From Octopus vulgaris (Eukaryota): 64,000 bases of DNA. Under the pieces are notes generated by a model, which saw only the letters and a program-made list of their open reading frames with translations, searched no databases and was not told the DNA's origin. This document shows, in pieces, positions 1-12,625 of this stretch. How positions within the stretch are numbered: position 1 is the first letter of the stretch; each line of letters opens with the position of its first letter. The position numbers were made by a program, and so were the translations under genes. The DNA lies in NCBI GenBank assembly GCA_951406725.2, contig OX597814.1, positions 53,010,001 through 53,074,000 on the forward strand, given 5' to 3'.

Positions 1-3000
1 ACTTTCCTCAATACTCGTGTTGTGTGCTCTGACTGAAGTGAAATGCGTTCCATAGCCCACATCTCAGAGTGTTTCTGCTAGTTAGAATTTACCATTGAAC
101 TTTGTACTTAATTTATTTCTTCATGAGTTGTACCCCGACATTATTGGTTAGTGCAGATGTTCAAATATCCTCTTCACTCCACTTTTTAGTATTGCCTATT
201 CCAAATAATGTATCCAGAGGGAAGAGTGTATAGTTGTAATTATAACTGGGAATTTGAATCTGTAGATTACACTTCATCATTCAGCTGACAACCTGCATGA
301 CATAGAGCTTCACAATGACAACAAGCACCTGACTCTCATTCAACATTACTTTCATAGACCTTTGCTCTTTAACACTTCACCTTCTCACTAACACCCCACC
401 ATCACTCACCATCATACTTTCTTCACTCACACTCCACCATTACATACCATTTTCTGTCACCTACTATCACTTCACAAACACCTCACCCTTGCTCTTTCAC
501 CAACATTTCACTTTCTCTTCCCTAAATGACTCCCCACACTGCTTCACCATTATTTTACATTCACTTGATGGTGAGCGAAGGTATGATTTTACAAAGCAAT
601 AGATGAAACTTGAAGGCTAAGTCAACTTGATTTTTACAATAGTTTTCTATACAAGCTTGTTTTTGTTTTGAATGTTCCTCTATTCCATAAATAATCCTGC
701 TCTTTAGTTCAGATACAATTTCAGTACACAGATCTTCACTTCTATTGGCACTGCCAAAATTTAGCTCATTTGGTCACTAAGAGAGTGAAGATCCAATCTA
801 AATCTGTAGCCATATCAGTCAATGTTTCTGTAATATAGTCAGAGAAATGCTTTCAGCCCTCAGCTTCTATGTTTATTTTCCATGCACTATTTTCTTTATT
901 CATATTCATATTTCTTTAATTAGTTGTTCTTATTGTAGTGAAGGCCTGGATATATGTCTTGTGTTTGTGATAGACACTAAGATATCATTAAAAAGTTGCT
1001 CTTTTGCAGTCTTCACTTTTAGAGCACTTCTTTCAGATGAATTATCATTGTTGCTCTATGCAAGACTAATTCAATTAATCATTTCATTGTTTTCAAGCTT
1101 CAGTGACCAGTAAACAATGCACTAGAAGGATAATGAAATTGTAATGAAGATTAACAATATAATTTCAGTGTTCATTGGTTATAGTCAAGCAAGTTGAATG
1201 GTTGATTAGACCAAAACATATATAGCTTTTCTCTTTTAATTGTTTCATTCATTGGACTTTGGCCATGTTGAAGCACTGCCTTGAAGGGTTTAGTTCAACA
1301 AATCAACCTCAGTACTTATTTTAAAAATCTGGTGCTGATTCTGTCAGTCTCTTTTGTCAAACTACTATGTTATGGAGATGTTAATAAACTAATGCCAGTT
1401 GTTAAGCAGTGGAGACACACACACACACACACACACACACGCATGCACGCACACATGCACAGAGAGAGAGAGAGAGGCTTGTTTCAGTTTCTGTCTACTT
1501 AGTCCATTCACAATTTTTTGTAGTTGGTCCAGGGCTATAGTAGAACATACTTGTCCCAGGTGCTGCACAGTGGCACCATATCTGCATCTATATATATGAA
1601 GATGTATATATTCTAACACCATAATTTAAGATGTATTCAGTAAGGATCCATGTTAATTTAAAGCACTTAAACTACAAAACATATCTATTGCTTGATTTCT
1701 TAGCCATATTTGCCCTTCAAAACAGAAATTAAAACGTTATTTCATGATCAGAAATGTCCATTGTACATTACAAAAGTTTTTTAAATGAAATCTTTGATGA
1801 GTAATGTGTAACATTACTCTCACTATAGTGTATTTATTTAGAAACAGTAAGTAGTGTGTAAGGAAAATTTTGGTGCTACTTCTTGCAGGTTGTAGCTACC
1901 ACACAGTGGCCTACCTCATTGGCTCACATGCAAACGCATTTCAATAAGAAGTTCATTTCAGAACTACATATTTTGGGGTTTATTACCACTGCATAGATGC
2001 TGTTGGTTTTTGTTTGCTACTTTAGCTGCAGCTTGACCAATGTCTTGTGAGTAAATGTTTTTGGCAGAAACCAGAAGCCACTCATATTTTCTGTCTCTCT
2101 CACATATGCCTGCACCCATCTGTCCGTCCATCCATCCAGCTATCTATTACTTGTTTCTGTCATTAGACTGCAGCCTGCTGGGGCACAGCCTTGAAGTTTT
2201 GTCAAAGGAATCTGCTCCAGTGCTTTATTGTTTTCTCTTTTTTTCTTTTTAAGCCTGGTATTTATTCTATCCACCTTCTTTTACTGAATTGCTAAGTTAC
2301 AGGGATGTAAACACACCAACACTGGTTGTCAAGCAGTAGTGGTGGTGGGGAGCAGGTTAGATGCAAAGGCACACACACATATGATGGGCTTCTTTTAGTT
2401 TCCATCTACCAAATCCACTCACAAAGCTTTGGTTGGTCTGGTGCTATAGTAGAAGACACTTGCCCAAGGTGCCATGGGATGGGATTAGACCTAGAGCCAT
2501 GTGGTTGGGAAGTAAGCTTCTTACCACACAACCATGCCTGTGAATATGTATGTATGAATATATGTATGTGTGTATATGTATGTATGTAGCTGTTTGTGTG
2601 TGTGTGTTTCCTCTTGTCCTGACATGAGTGCCCTAATTGCAAACCATTAAACAAACGGTGTCATTTACTTGAAATCTTCTTTTAAAGCATGTCTGACCAT
2701 TGGCTTGTTTGTGGTGGGGGGAGGGGGTCGGTGCCAGAGAGAGCATCCAGCTACAGAAAAATCTGCCACCACAAAGTTTTGTCTGACTCATGTTAGCATT
2801 GGAAAGTGGGCATTGAAATGATTATGACGTGTACACACACACACACACACACACACTTATATTTGTAATTTTTACATATAAAAACCCATGTCACTGCTAG
2901 AATTCAATCTTTAAGTCTTTAAGATCCCATGCATGCACTAGTTTCAATAAAAAATTATTAAGATGTCAGATAAATTCATTCATCCCCCCCACCATTTATT

Positions 3001-6000
3001 TTAATCCCTTCCAATGTTATTTGAACCAGCATGAACAATATTTTTATATTATTTCATAGTCTTTTATAGTTCTCTTCTTCTACAACTTTTGTTTATTGCT
3101 TTTGAAATTTAAATAAATTTTGAACCTTTTTAGACATATGACCAGTGTGTTAAGTAGAAGACTTTGATAACCTGATCCTTTAGGTTATCAGGTACATGTA
3201 GAAAGTATTACCTCATTACTATAAAGGTAGACAATGTTTGCTTGTTGCCATATAATTATATATTCTATGTTGCTGATATGAACTTCATTCTGCTATAGGT
3301 TAGTGAAGATGACTTATTTCATGATAGTTTTGGTTACCTCATATGGTGTTCATGCTAATTTCCTAAAATTTAATGTAACTGTTGCATGATAGACCAGATA
3401 TGTTTGCATGGATATTCTTAGGCTATATGTGAATACTCACTGGAATTGTATTCAGATATTTCCTTTCCCTTGATCAATAGTTTTAATTTACTAGTTTTTT
3501 TTTACACCTACCGCTAATGAATTATTGGTATTTTCTTTCAATTTTTGCTTCATAAAAAATATATTTTTGTTTCTTAAGTGATTTCTGAAAATTAGAAAAG
3601 AAAATTTTGTCTATATTAAAAAAAAAAAAATTGTAAATTTATATGTACTTATTAAGAAATCTTTCTGAAATTCTAATCTAAAATCTTGGAGCATGCAATC
3701 CATTAAAACCATTATTACAGAAAATAATTACTTTTCCAATCACTGAAACCTTTTAACTAATCCAATTTATTATTGATAAATATTGTAAAACAAAATTAAC
3801 ATATAAAACTTTCAGTAAAATCATATTAAGAATTTCAAAACCAAGAAGTATAGATACTAATTCATTTTGCTCTGGCTCTTCTTTAGAAATTTTGTAGTAA
3901 TCCTCTGAATTTCCATGTCAATCAAGTTGTTATTTTTATTTTCGCTCAAGCTTTCTTATTTTCTATGTGAGAGCTATTCATTTAAGAATTTCACTTTAGT
4001 AGAATCTAGTTTATAGTGGGAAATAATTTCAGTTCAGTTGATCACCTGGCATCACATGTGATTGTCTTAAGCAGGCACTTTGTGTGTGTGTAATATCATG
4101 CAATACAACATGTGCAAAACTAATTTATTATTTAGTTTCTTATGAAGGAGCAGTACTTATAGCTCTTAACCGATTATAGCATTCCGATTATTCTGTTAAA
4201 TGTAATGCTTATTTATTCACATGGTTTTGAATTGCTCATGCATTATCTCATACCTTCAAAAATTTTGATGATGTGATTATTTATTTTTAGAATGAACTTC
4301 TAGGGCCAGATCTGGTTGGTTTGAACAAAAAACAGGTAGAATATTTGGGTTTAAATCTTAAAAGGTTGAATCTATTGTAGAATGGAAAGCAAGCTATGAC
4401 TGGGTGAGATTACTAGAATTCATGTTAAATTCAAATTATTGCAGGTTAGAGAGAAAAACAAGTCAAAGATACCTTCACTCCTATATTGTTAGGTTGATAG
4501 CACTTTTAGTGGCTTGTAATAATGGTTTCAAATTTTGGCTCAAGGCCAGCAATTTTGGGGAGGGAATAATTTGATTACATTGACCATAGTGTTCAACTGG
4601 TACTTATTTCATTAACTCACAAATGAATGAAAAGGCTGAGTTGACCCTGGCAGCATTTGATGTAAAGACAGATGAAATGCTACTAAGCATTCTGTCTGGC
4701 ATGCTTATGATTCTGCCAGCTCACCACCTTAATAACAATAATAATGATAATAATAATAATTCTAAAGGCACAAGACCTGAAATTTGGGAGAAGGGAACTA
4801 GTCAGTTACATTGACCCTAGTGCTTGACTGGTACTTATTTTATCGATCCTGAAAGAATGAAAGGCAAGTCAACCCTGGTGGAATTTGAATTCAATATGTA
4901 AAGATAGATGAAATGCCACTAAGCATTTTTTCTGCCTGCTCACTGCCTTGTAATAATTAATTCTAATATAGACATAAAATCAGTTTTGAGGGGAAAAGGG
5001 TTAATCAGTACCATTGATCTCAGCTTTTGACTGGTACTTTATTTTATTGATGCTGAATGACTGAAAGGTAAAGTTGACTTTGGGGGATTTGAATGCAGAA
5101 AGAAGAGCTGGAACAAATATTGATTTCAAATTTTGGCACAAGGCCGGAAGTTTCAGGGGAGGTGGGGGTGTAAGTCAGTTTATAATGACTCCAGTATTCA
5201 ACTGGTACTTATTTTATCAACCCTGAAAGGATGGAAGGCAAAATCAACTTAGGCAGAATTTGAACTCAGAATGTAAAGATGGACAAAATGCCACAAAGCA
5301 TTTCGCCCATCATGCTAATGATTTTGCCAACTGGACCAAATATTGCAAGACATTTTGTCTAACACTCTAACAATTCTACTAAATTCTGCTTTAACACTGC
5401 TTTTAGTGAATTACAATAATGAAAATATTCACCTGCATATATGCTGTCTTCCCTATCTTTTCATTGCCTCTTTCCCACCCCTTTTTCTTTCAGCCCTACC
5501 ATCTCTCTCCCTTAGTCTTTCTCTCTTTTTATGTCACCCCTTCTTTCTTTGCATCCTTCTGGCGCTGTCTGTCTTTGTTTCTCTTTCTCTCTCTCTCTCT
5601 CTTTAACAGTAAATTGATTCTATCATTACATATTACAATTGAAAATTTGTCTAAAGATCTGACAAATTTGTTATTGTACTGAATTTGTTATTGATGTACT
5701 TGTACATCTGTGCACCATTCATTGTCTTTACTACAAAAGCAAACTTAAAGGCAATATCTGGGAATTAAAATGATTTGAAAGGATTCATTGAAATATCTGG
5801 GAATTATAATGATTTGAAAGGATTTATTCATCAAAGTGAAATTCTGTATTTACCAAAGAATCTGCCTCTTCTAAAAATCAAAAAGAAAGAAAGGGAAGAC
5901 AAGAAAAACGACAGAAAGTAGTTATTATGCAGGAATAGTAAGAATTGAAGTACTTTAAGGGCTACTTCACTTACCTTTGATTAACAGCTGGAGAGAGAAA

Positions 6001-6519
6001 GAGAGAGGTGGGGAGAAGCGGGGAGGAGAGAAAATGATAAAGATGGATCTGTAAATCTACTTATCATTTTATTATGTTTTGACCATTGTTTTAAATGAAC
6101 ATATTAATAAATTAAATATCTTCCTCTGTCTTTCTCTCTCTCCCTTCGCCTCCCCCTTTTTCCACATACAATTCAGATGATTTTATTAGATATAGTGTAG
6201 GATCAGACTTTGGAATATGGCCAAACAGCCTTTAAAGTGAAGAGGTTAATAGGACAGATTGAAGACCAAGCCCAGCATGTTTTCCAATACCAGCTAAATT
6301 GGTTTAGTTGGTCTTATTCAGCAAGGGAGAATTATTTTCATCAATATGAATTTGAAGATATAAGTACAGATATGGTTGTCATGCAACCTGGGCAAATATC
6401 TATATAATCTTAGGTTGATGAATACCTTAGGAAAGGGATTTGTTTCATAAAAATTGTGTGAAAGTTTATCATACATGTATGTGTAAATGAATGATGCACG
6501 TGTGTGTGCATTTATGTAA

Positions 6520-7090
6520 AAACCTATGTTATTTCAAAGAAGTGTAGCCACTATGAGTCAAATATTTATTAGTGACACCATAAGAGTTGAGTAGATTTGA
6601 AGTTAAAGTTTGTGTGATTTTCTTTAAATCATTGCAATAGAACTCTTGATTGACAATCTGACCCTGGGGGATGAATTCTTAATGCACAGTACCACATTTC
6701 CGGCAGTGACACTTGTGGCAGGCCTTCCAAATTACTTGTTGTCTTCTGGGGATGTTCTTCTGTTTTGGAAGTACCCATGCCACTTGAAATATTGCCCATT
6801 GCCTTGTCACCATAGGTTTGTTGAAGCATGCTCAATATCTCTGTAGCAGACTTTCCAAGTTTAACATAATATTTCACATGGGCTTTTTGTTTCTGTCTAT
6901 GGCAAAAATGCAGACTACAGCATACACTTGATTACAAAAACCCAAATTTCACAACTTATAAAGTAAACACAGTGATGTCACTCAACATACTGCCTCATGA
7001 AGGTCACTGCTAGCTCTCACTGTGCATGCAACCATGTGCTGACTTCTATTGGCATACTGCAGAACCAATCTGGGAACTTTTTGATACAAC
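6520..7090 (-). mobile_element. Mariner-type transposon remnant (N-terminal HTH region)
   Basis: ORF 6629..6877 begins KYYVKLGKSATEILSMLQQTYGDKAM, typical of the mariner HTH. It is frameshifted downstream (GRP motif in another frame). Confidence 0.75.
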
Positions 7091-9399
7091 TTTATAACAT
7101 TAAAAAAACAAAACAAGACAAAAGCTTAGTTTGCTTGTTTTGCTATTAGTAAATGTTAGCATGTTGTTGGACCTCCAATTGAAGTTAAAGTAGATGTCTT
7201 CATTGAGTGAAAAAGTGAATACCTTGTAATAATAGCACAGAACACTAAAGTTGGAGAGAAAGAAAATTAAATTAGTTTTATTTGCTTTCTTTATGATGTT
7301 CTGGCGAAAAGTTCCACCTGTTAGTTGACAATTTACAAGCATTATGCTGTGCTGAGATCAGGGTATACTGTTTGCCATTGACTGCTTGTCATACAGCGCT
7401 ATCTACTCATACTTATGATAATAAATCCAAGAATGATAAATTCATAAATGAAAGATAAAGCCTGCCAAATCTCCCTCAGAAATGTGTTCATGTAAGGGAA
7501 TGTTGTTTAGATATATGAGGCTGGTTAGAATCAAGATGCCTCCAACCATAGTGTCTATTCAATTGATTGATCTAAGTTAAGCAACATTAATAACTTCAAA
7601 TAATTCTGCTAGTATAGTGGCATTGCATTTTTTAAGTTATGTCAAGTTGTCAAATATTTATCTTTCTGAAAAGGGCACTTGAAGCATAATCATGCCTACT
7701 ACAGATTTTACTATATCAATGGAGAAGGTGTACAGAAAATTTATTGTAAAGAACTGACCAAGTAGCTTTGGCGATGTCTTGTGCTTGAGAGGACTCATCA
7801 AGACAAGTGCACCCGTGCTTGTGGCATGTAAAGAATACATTTCGTGTGTTGGGCCTTGCGGAGGCAATGACTGAGACCTTTGGCATTATGTTGTGCTTGA
7901 GAAGACCCATCAAGCCGAGCAAAATGACAATTGTGGCAGATACCGGTATCATGCAAATTGTCACCTGTGCCAGTGGCATGTAAAAGCACCCGGTGTCATG
8001 CAAATGGCACCCGTGCCAGTGGTACATAAATGCACCCATTACACACTCAGAGTGGTTGGTTTTAGGAAGGGCATCCATCCATAGAAAACCATGCAAAATC
8101 AGATTGGAGTCTGGTGCAGCCTTCTAGCATGCCAGCCTGACTGTCCAACTCATGTCAGCATGGACAATGGACATTGAATGATGATAATGATAACAGTAAA
8201 CATAGTGTTAGTGAAATTCCAACCAATTTGTATATTTGAATGACTAGTGTTTGAATGGAATCTGATGTAAATTATGATTTTGCCTTGTTACATCTATTTT
8301 CGTCTGCTCCAACCACTAAAATATAAAAGAGACTGAATTATATTTTTCTTTTTATGTTAACTGAAATATATAGAGTAAAAGTGATTATCTCAGTATACAT
8401 ATCAATGCTTCTCATATAATTTGAACTTTTTTTGAACTTATTGCAGTAATATAAATTGCAGTTAAAACTACCCTGTATAACAGATTCTCAGAAAGTTTTT
8501 TAAAGATTTTATGGTTGGGGCTTGTTTATGGGAAGCTGTAGCTATTGTATTGGTATACAATAGGACTTCACACACTTAATATAGTGAGTTGAGAACCAAA
8601 CATTCAAGTAACCAAAATTATTCATGCAATTATTAGGTAAAAATTCTCTTTAAGAGTTGAAAATATATAAAAACGGACATGGGAGACAATTTGAATAAGA
8701 CCAACTTAAATTTTTGGCAAGTATTTAAATTGCAGATTGGGAGTAGGTTTGGTCTTTAAACCAAATAGTGAGAGTAATGGACATGTCTTATTAGGCTTCT
8801 TCAGTGAATCATTTTATTCAGTTGGTAAGGTAAGGAATATATAAAAATATAGAGCATGTAGTAATGCTAATTATATCAGAAATATGGCTGTGGGGAAACT
8901 ATCTCAGGGTAGCATCTGCAAAGACACTCAATAGTTCACTGATTGATTGGTGTTATCATATTGAACAATTTATCATGACACTTTTTGTTATTAACTCATG
9001 CTAAATCCTTCTCTCTCTTCTCTGTCATTGATTTGATATAAATCTAAAGATTTTGTTTATGTTCAATGTCTACACTGAAAATAAGAATCTATTTGAAAAA
9101 TGAGTTGACATTTAAATTAAAAGGTAGAATGACTTATGGAAAAACTTGCTTGCTGTGTGTTTTGAGTTCTATTTTGAGGCATCTGTTCAACAGTTTGTCT
9201 TCAATGAAAGTTTGAATGAGATTTCACATTTAATATAATGTTTGAAGGCTATGAAAATTATAATTGATCACTTACTTACTACTGACATAAAAATTAAAAA
9301 CTGTATGAAAAATATAATTGATCACTGACTGTGATCAATATACAAATTATAAACTGAATAGAGATTATAATTGATCACTGGTTTGTTTTTATGTTTCAG

Positions 9400-9424
9400 G
9401 TATTTCGTCGAGCAGATAGAAATG
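9400..9424 (+). CDS. NECAB: NECAB-like gene, 25-nt coding microexon (VFRRADRN+G), first half of EF-hand 1
   Basis: tttcag|GTATTTCGTCGAGCAGATAGAAATG|gtaagt. The peptide matches the NECAB 'xFRRADKNDDG' motif. The phase-1 end joins exon 37097 to give D. Confidence 0.9.
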
Positions 9425-10688
9425 GTAAGTTTTTTTTTTGCCTACTTAATAAATGAAATATTTTAAATTAATGGATACATTTTCATGATTCTTAGAAAAT
9501 TGATAAATGATGAAAATATATCATTAATAATAATAGTGAACGACATTTCTGATGAGTTACCTCATATCAACAATAGAAACTATTTTAGTTACATTCATCT
9601 GCTTTTAACCTTAAATATTTTTGTAGGCTTCAAGTCTCCCATTAAGTCTATCTATTCTGGACATAACAAAGGCCACTGAAGGATTAAAATAAATTTTTTA
9701 TTTATTTCTATCTTTACAGTAAAATGAATTTTACAACTATTAATATCTAGTCGTCTAAGGTTAGGGTGGAAAGCTGGAGGATTCATTAGCATGCTGGGCA
9801 AAATGCTTAGCAGTGATTTGTCAGTCTTTACATTCTCAGTTTGAATTCCACTGAGGTCAACTTTGCTTTTCATACCTTTTCGGCTCAATGTAATCAACTT
9901 GCCCCTCTACCCCAAAACTGCTGGCCTTGTGCCAAAATTTGAAATCAATATCAAGTTATCTGAGTTTGGCAGAATGACAGAAACAGTGAGATCTGATTTA
10001 AATGCCAAGCAACATTTTTAGTTATGCTACTTATAGTTCCAACATTCAAATTTTACTGGGGATTGCTTTGCCTATCATCTTCCACGTTTATGAGGTTGAC
10101 AGAATAAATAAGTTCCATTATGTTCCTCTTTAAAATTAATGTTGAAATTAAGTTCCATTATGTTCCTCTTTAAAATTTATGATGAAATTAGAAATCAATA
10201 TATAGGTGTCTATGACACTAGAAATAAAAAAAGCACACTTCAAAGATAGAGTGGATGCATTACTATTTAATTTGGTACCTTAAAAGTGTAAGTTCAAATT
10301 TGTAAGATCAATGTTGTTTATTTAGGGATGATACAAATGTACTGTGGAGGCACATGGCTTAGTGGTTTGAGTAAGAATGTGGTTCTGATTCCTGGACTGT
10401 GTGACACATTGTGTTCTTGAGCAAAACACTTCATTTCACGTTGCTGCAGTTCACTCAACTAGCAAAAATGAGTAATCCTGCAATGGACTGGTGTCCCGTC
10501 CAGGTTGGGAATATATATGCCACAGTAACCAGGAAACCAACCCTATGAATCTATATGATTCAGTAGGATGTTATCTTTCATTTTTATATATCAATATGTA
10601 CCAGTAACATATAAAAGCTGATTCAATGTCTTTTCACTCTCTTTTCAAAAATTGGTTTTCTTATCTAAAATATATGATTTTTCTGTAT

Positions 10689-11185
10689 CTAGTCGAGTTA
10701 ACGGTTCCTCATGAAGATAACATGGACACTGCTTGAACTCGAAAGATTGATTGTTATGTAAACCTCCTTGAGGAATGTGAAAACGCTGGCTGGAAAACGG
10801 AGCATTTTCCAATTGAAGTTGGATGTAGAGGGTTTGTTGGTTACAGTGTGAGACAACTGTTGTTATCGTTAGGCCTAACTCATCGTAAAGTCAATACTAC
10901 CATGACCGATATCCAAACTATAGTGGAGAAGGCTAGCCACTGGATTTGGTTAAAAAGAGACGATAGCGATGGCTAGAAGAATATTGAGCTTTATTTGATA
11001 ACCAGCTGATCTAGCAAGCAGAGCCTCATATCATCAATGCCGTCGAGAGGTTGGCCCCGAAACAGCGCGCATTCTCTCCTGATGACCCCATACACTTGCT
11101 GGCTTCCGGTATGCAGAGTTTTTGACTGGTAGCACTTACATGTGCAAGTTGTTTGCAAGACATACTTCAATAGATTAAAATAAAA
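10689..11185 (+). mobile_element. 5'-truncated HERO/R2-superfamily non-LTR retrotransposon: restriction-like endonuclease C-terminus plus 3' UTR
   Basis: Manual translation from 10689: LVELTVPHEDNMDTA*TRKIDCYVNLLEECENAGWKTEHFPIEVGCRGFVG...VEKASHWIWLKR. ELTVP, P.EVGCRGF and AS.W.WLKR are characteristic of HERO-clade RLE domains. A-rich end near 11180. Confidence 0.8.
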
Positions 11186-12099
11186 ATTCAACTAATAGAG
11201 AGATTCTTGGTTATTTTATTGATTAATAATAAATTTGAGTGTTGTTTATTTTGCATATAACTGTAGGCTAACACTTATATTGAACAGCTATGACCATGTT
11301 TTATTATGATTTTTTTTTCTATTAACTTTATGGTTTTGAGAGGGGAGGAATGGTAATACTCTGGATCTTTGCAGAACTTTCAAGGGAAGAGAAAAAAAAA
11401 AACAGGAAGTGAACCAGATACTGTAATCTGCTTCCAAACTTCCAGAGCCATCTATCTTTAATCCCAACTGAATAACATGTACTCTGTAAACTGATTGTAA
11501 CATGGAAGAGACATGTTAGCCATTCAAAAGCCCACAAAGACTTACCTTCACTTAAACATTTAGTTATTGTTATATGGTGTAAAAGTTTTTGTTGCATGAA
11601 CTGTGACCTCGTCACTGACAAGGATATGCTGCATCTTTGTAATATATTCTACTAGTGGTGAATTCTAAGGAATTAAGTTTGGTATCATTAAGCTGACCCT
11701 ATTAAGATTAGTTCTAATTCTTGATTGTAACCGTTTCTCTTCACTCATTTCATTGATGCCATTAAGAAAGATAATTCTTTTATTTTACAAATCTACTATG
11801 ATGTTTCAAACATTTTACACAGAAAAGTCCATTATGAAAAGAAAGTGAATATTCTATGGCACTTTTTATTATGAAATTGTAAAACTTTATTGTGTGAGAG
11901 AATAATTATTATTAGAGTTTTTATTCTTATTTAAGATGAAAATAACTATAAAAATTATCCTTGCCTGTTTGGCACATTTGCTCATTCAAACCTTGCCCAC
12001 TGTTTAGGGGCTAACTAAAAGAAATCTTTAACTGAACACAATATATAGTATTTTAATAACATGATACATAATTTTTCCTGAGATTTTCTAACCTAGCTT

Positions 12100-12625
12100 A
12101 ATATAAAGTTTCAGATGTGCATGCATGACAGAGTGTAAATGATTTAAGAGAAAAACTGGGTATAAGGAGCATCAAATGTTGTATGCAAGAGAGAAGACTG
12201 CACTAGTTTGGTCATCATTTACATGCAGATGAGAACAGCTATGTAAAGAAGTGCTGGGCTCTAATTGTGGAGGGTACCTGAGGAAAGGATAGACCTAGGA
12301 AGACATGGGATGAAGTGGTGAGAAAGGATCTTTGGACGCTGGGCCCCACTGAAGAAATGACAAGGGACTGGGAGATGTGGTGATTTGTTTTTCTTGATAA
12401 GATGTGTCAAGTTAAGTAAAATCGCTGTCTTCCACACATACAAACTTGTCCTTTTAAATGCCAGTGCCACTTATAAAGCACACCCAAAACACTCGGTTAA
12501 GTGGTTGGCATTGGAAAGGCATCCAGCTGCCACAGCAGACAGTTGGAGTCTGGACAGCCCCCTGCTAGCCAGCTCCATGTCAAGCCATCCAACCCATGCC
12601 AGCATGGAAAGTTAAATGATGATGA
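12100..12625 (+). mobile_element. RTE-type LINE 3' fragment
   Basis: Degenerate RT C-terminus (..ERRLH*FGH.., GRPRKTWDEVV) followed by the family 3' end ccaacccatgccagcatggaaa..(gat)n. Near-identical copy at 51170-51725. Confidence 0.8.

Noticed and set aside
545-590. CTTGATG|gtgag and AAG|gtatga as the donor of the NECAB first exon
   Set aside because: No convincing upstream reading frame or 'FLD'-like phase-0 end matching the microexon. The first exon is probably outside the window.
5753-5830. 39-bp tandem duplication (similar ~41-bp one at 10110-10190)
   Set aside because: Ordinary local slippage duplications with no functional signature.
8811-8835. ttcag-TTG-gtaag-gtaagg as an additional 3- or 8-nt microexon
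   Set aside because: No homology support, a short pyrimidine tract, and easily a chance occurrence in AT-rich intron.
11045-11092. GAAA...CTGATGA in the HERO 3' UTR as a permuted hammerhead
   Set aside because: The bases that would form stem II (CCCC before GAAA and CCCC after CTGATGA) cannot pair, and no stem I/III was found.
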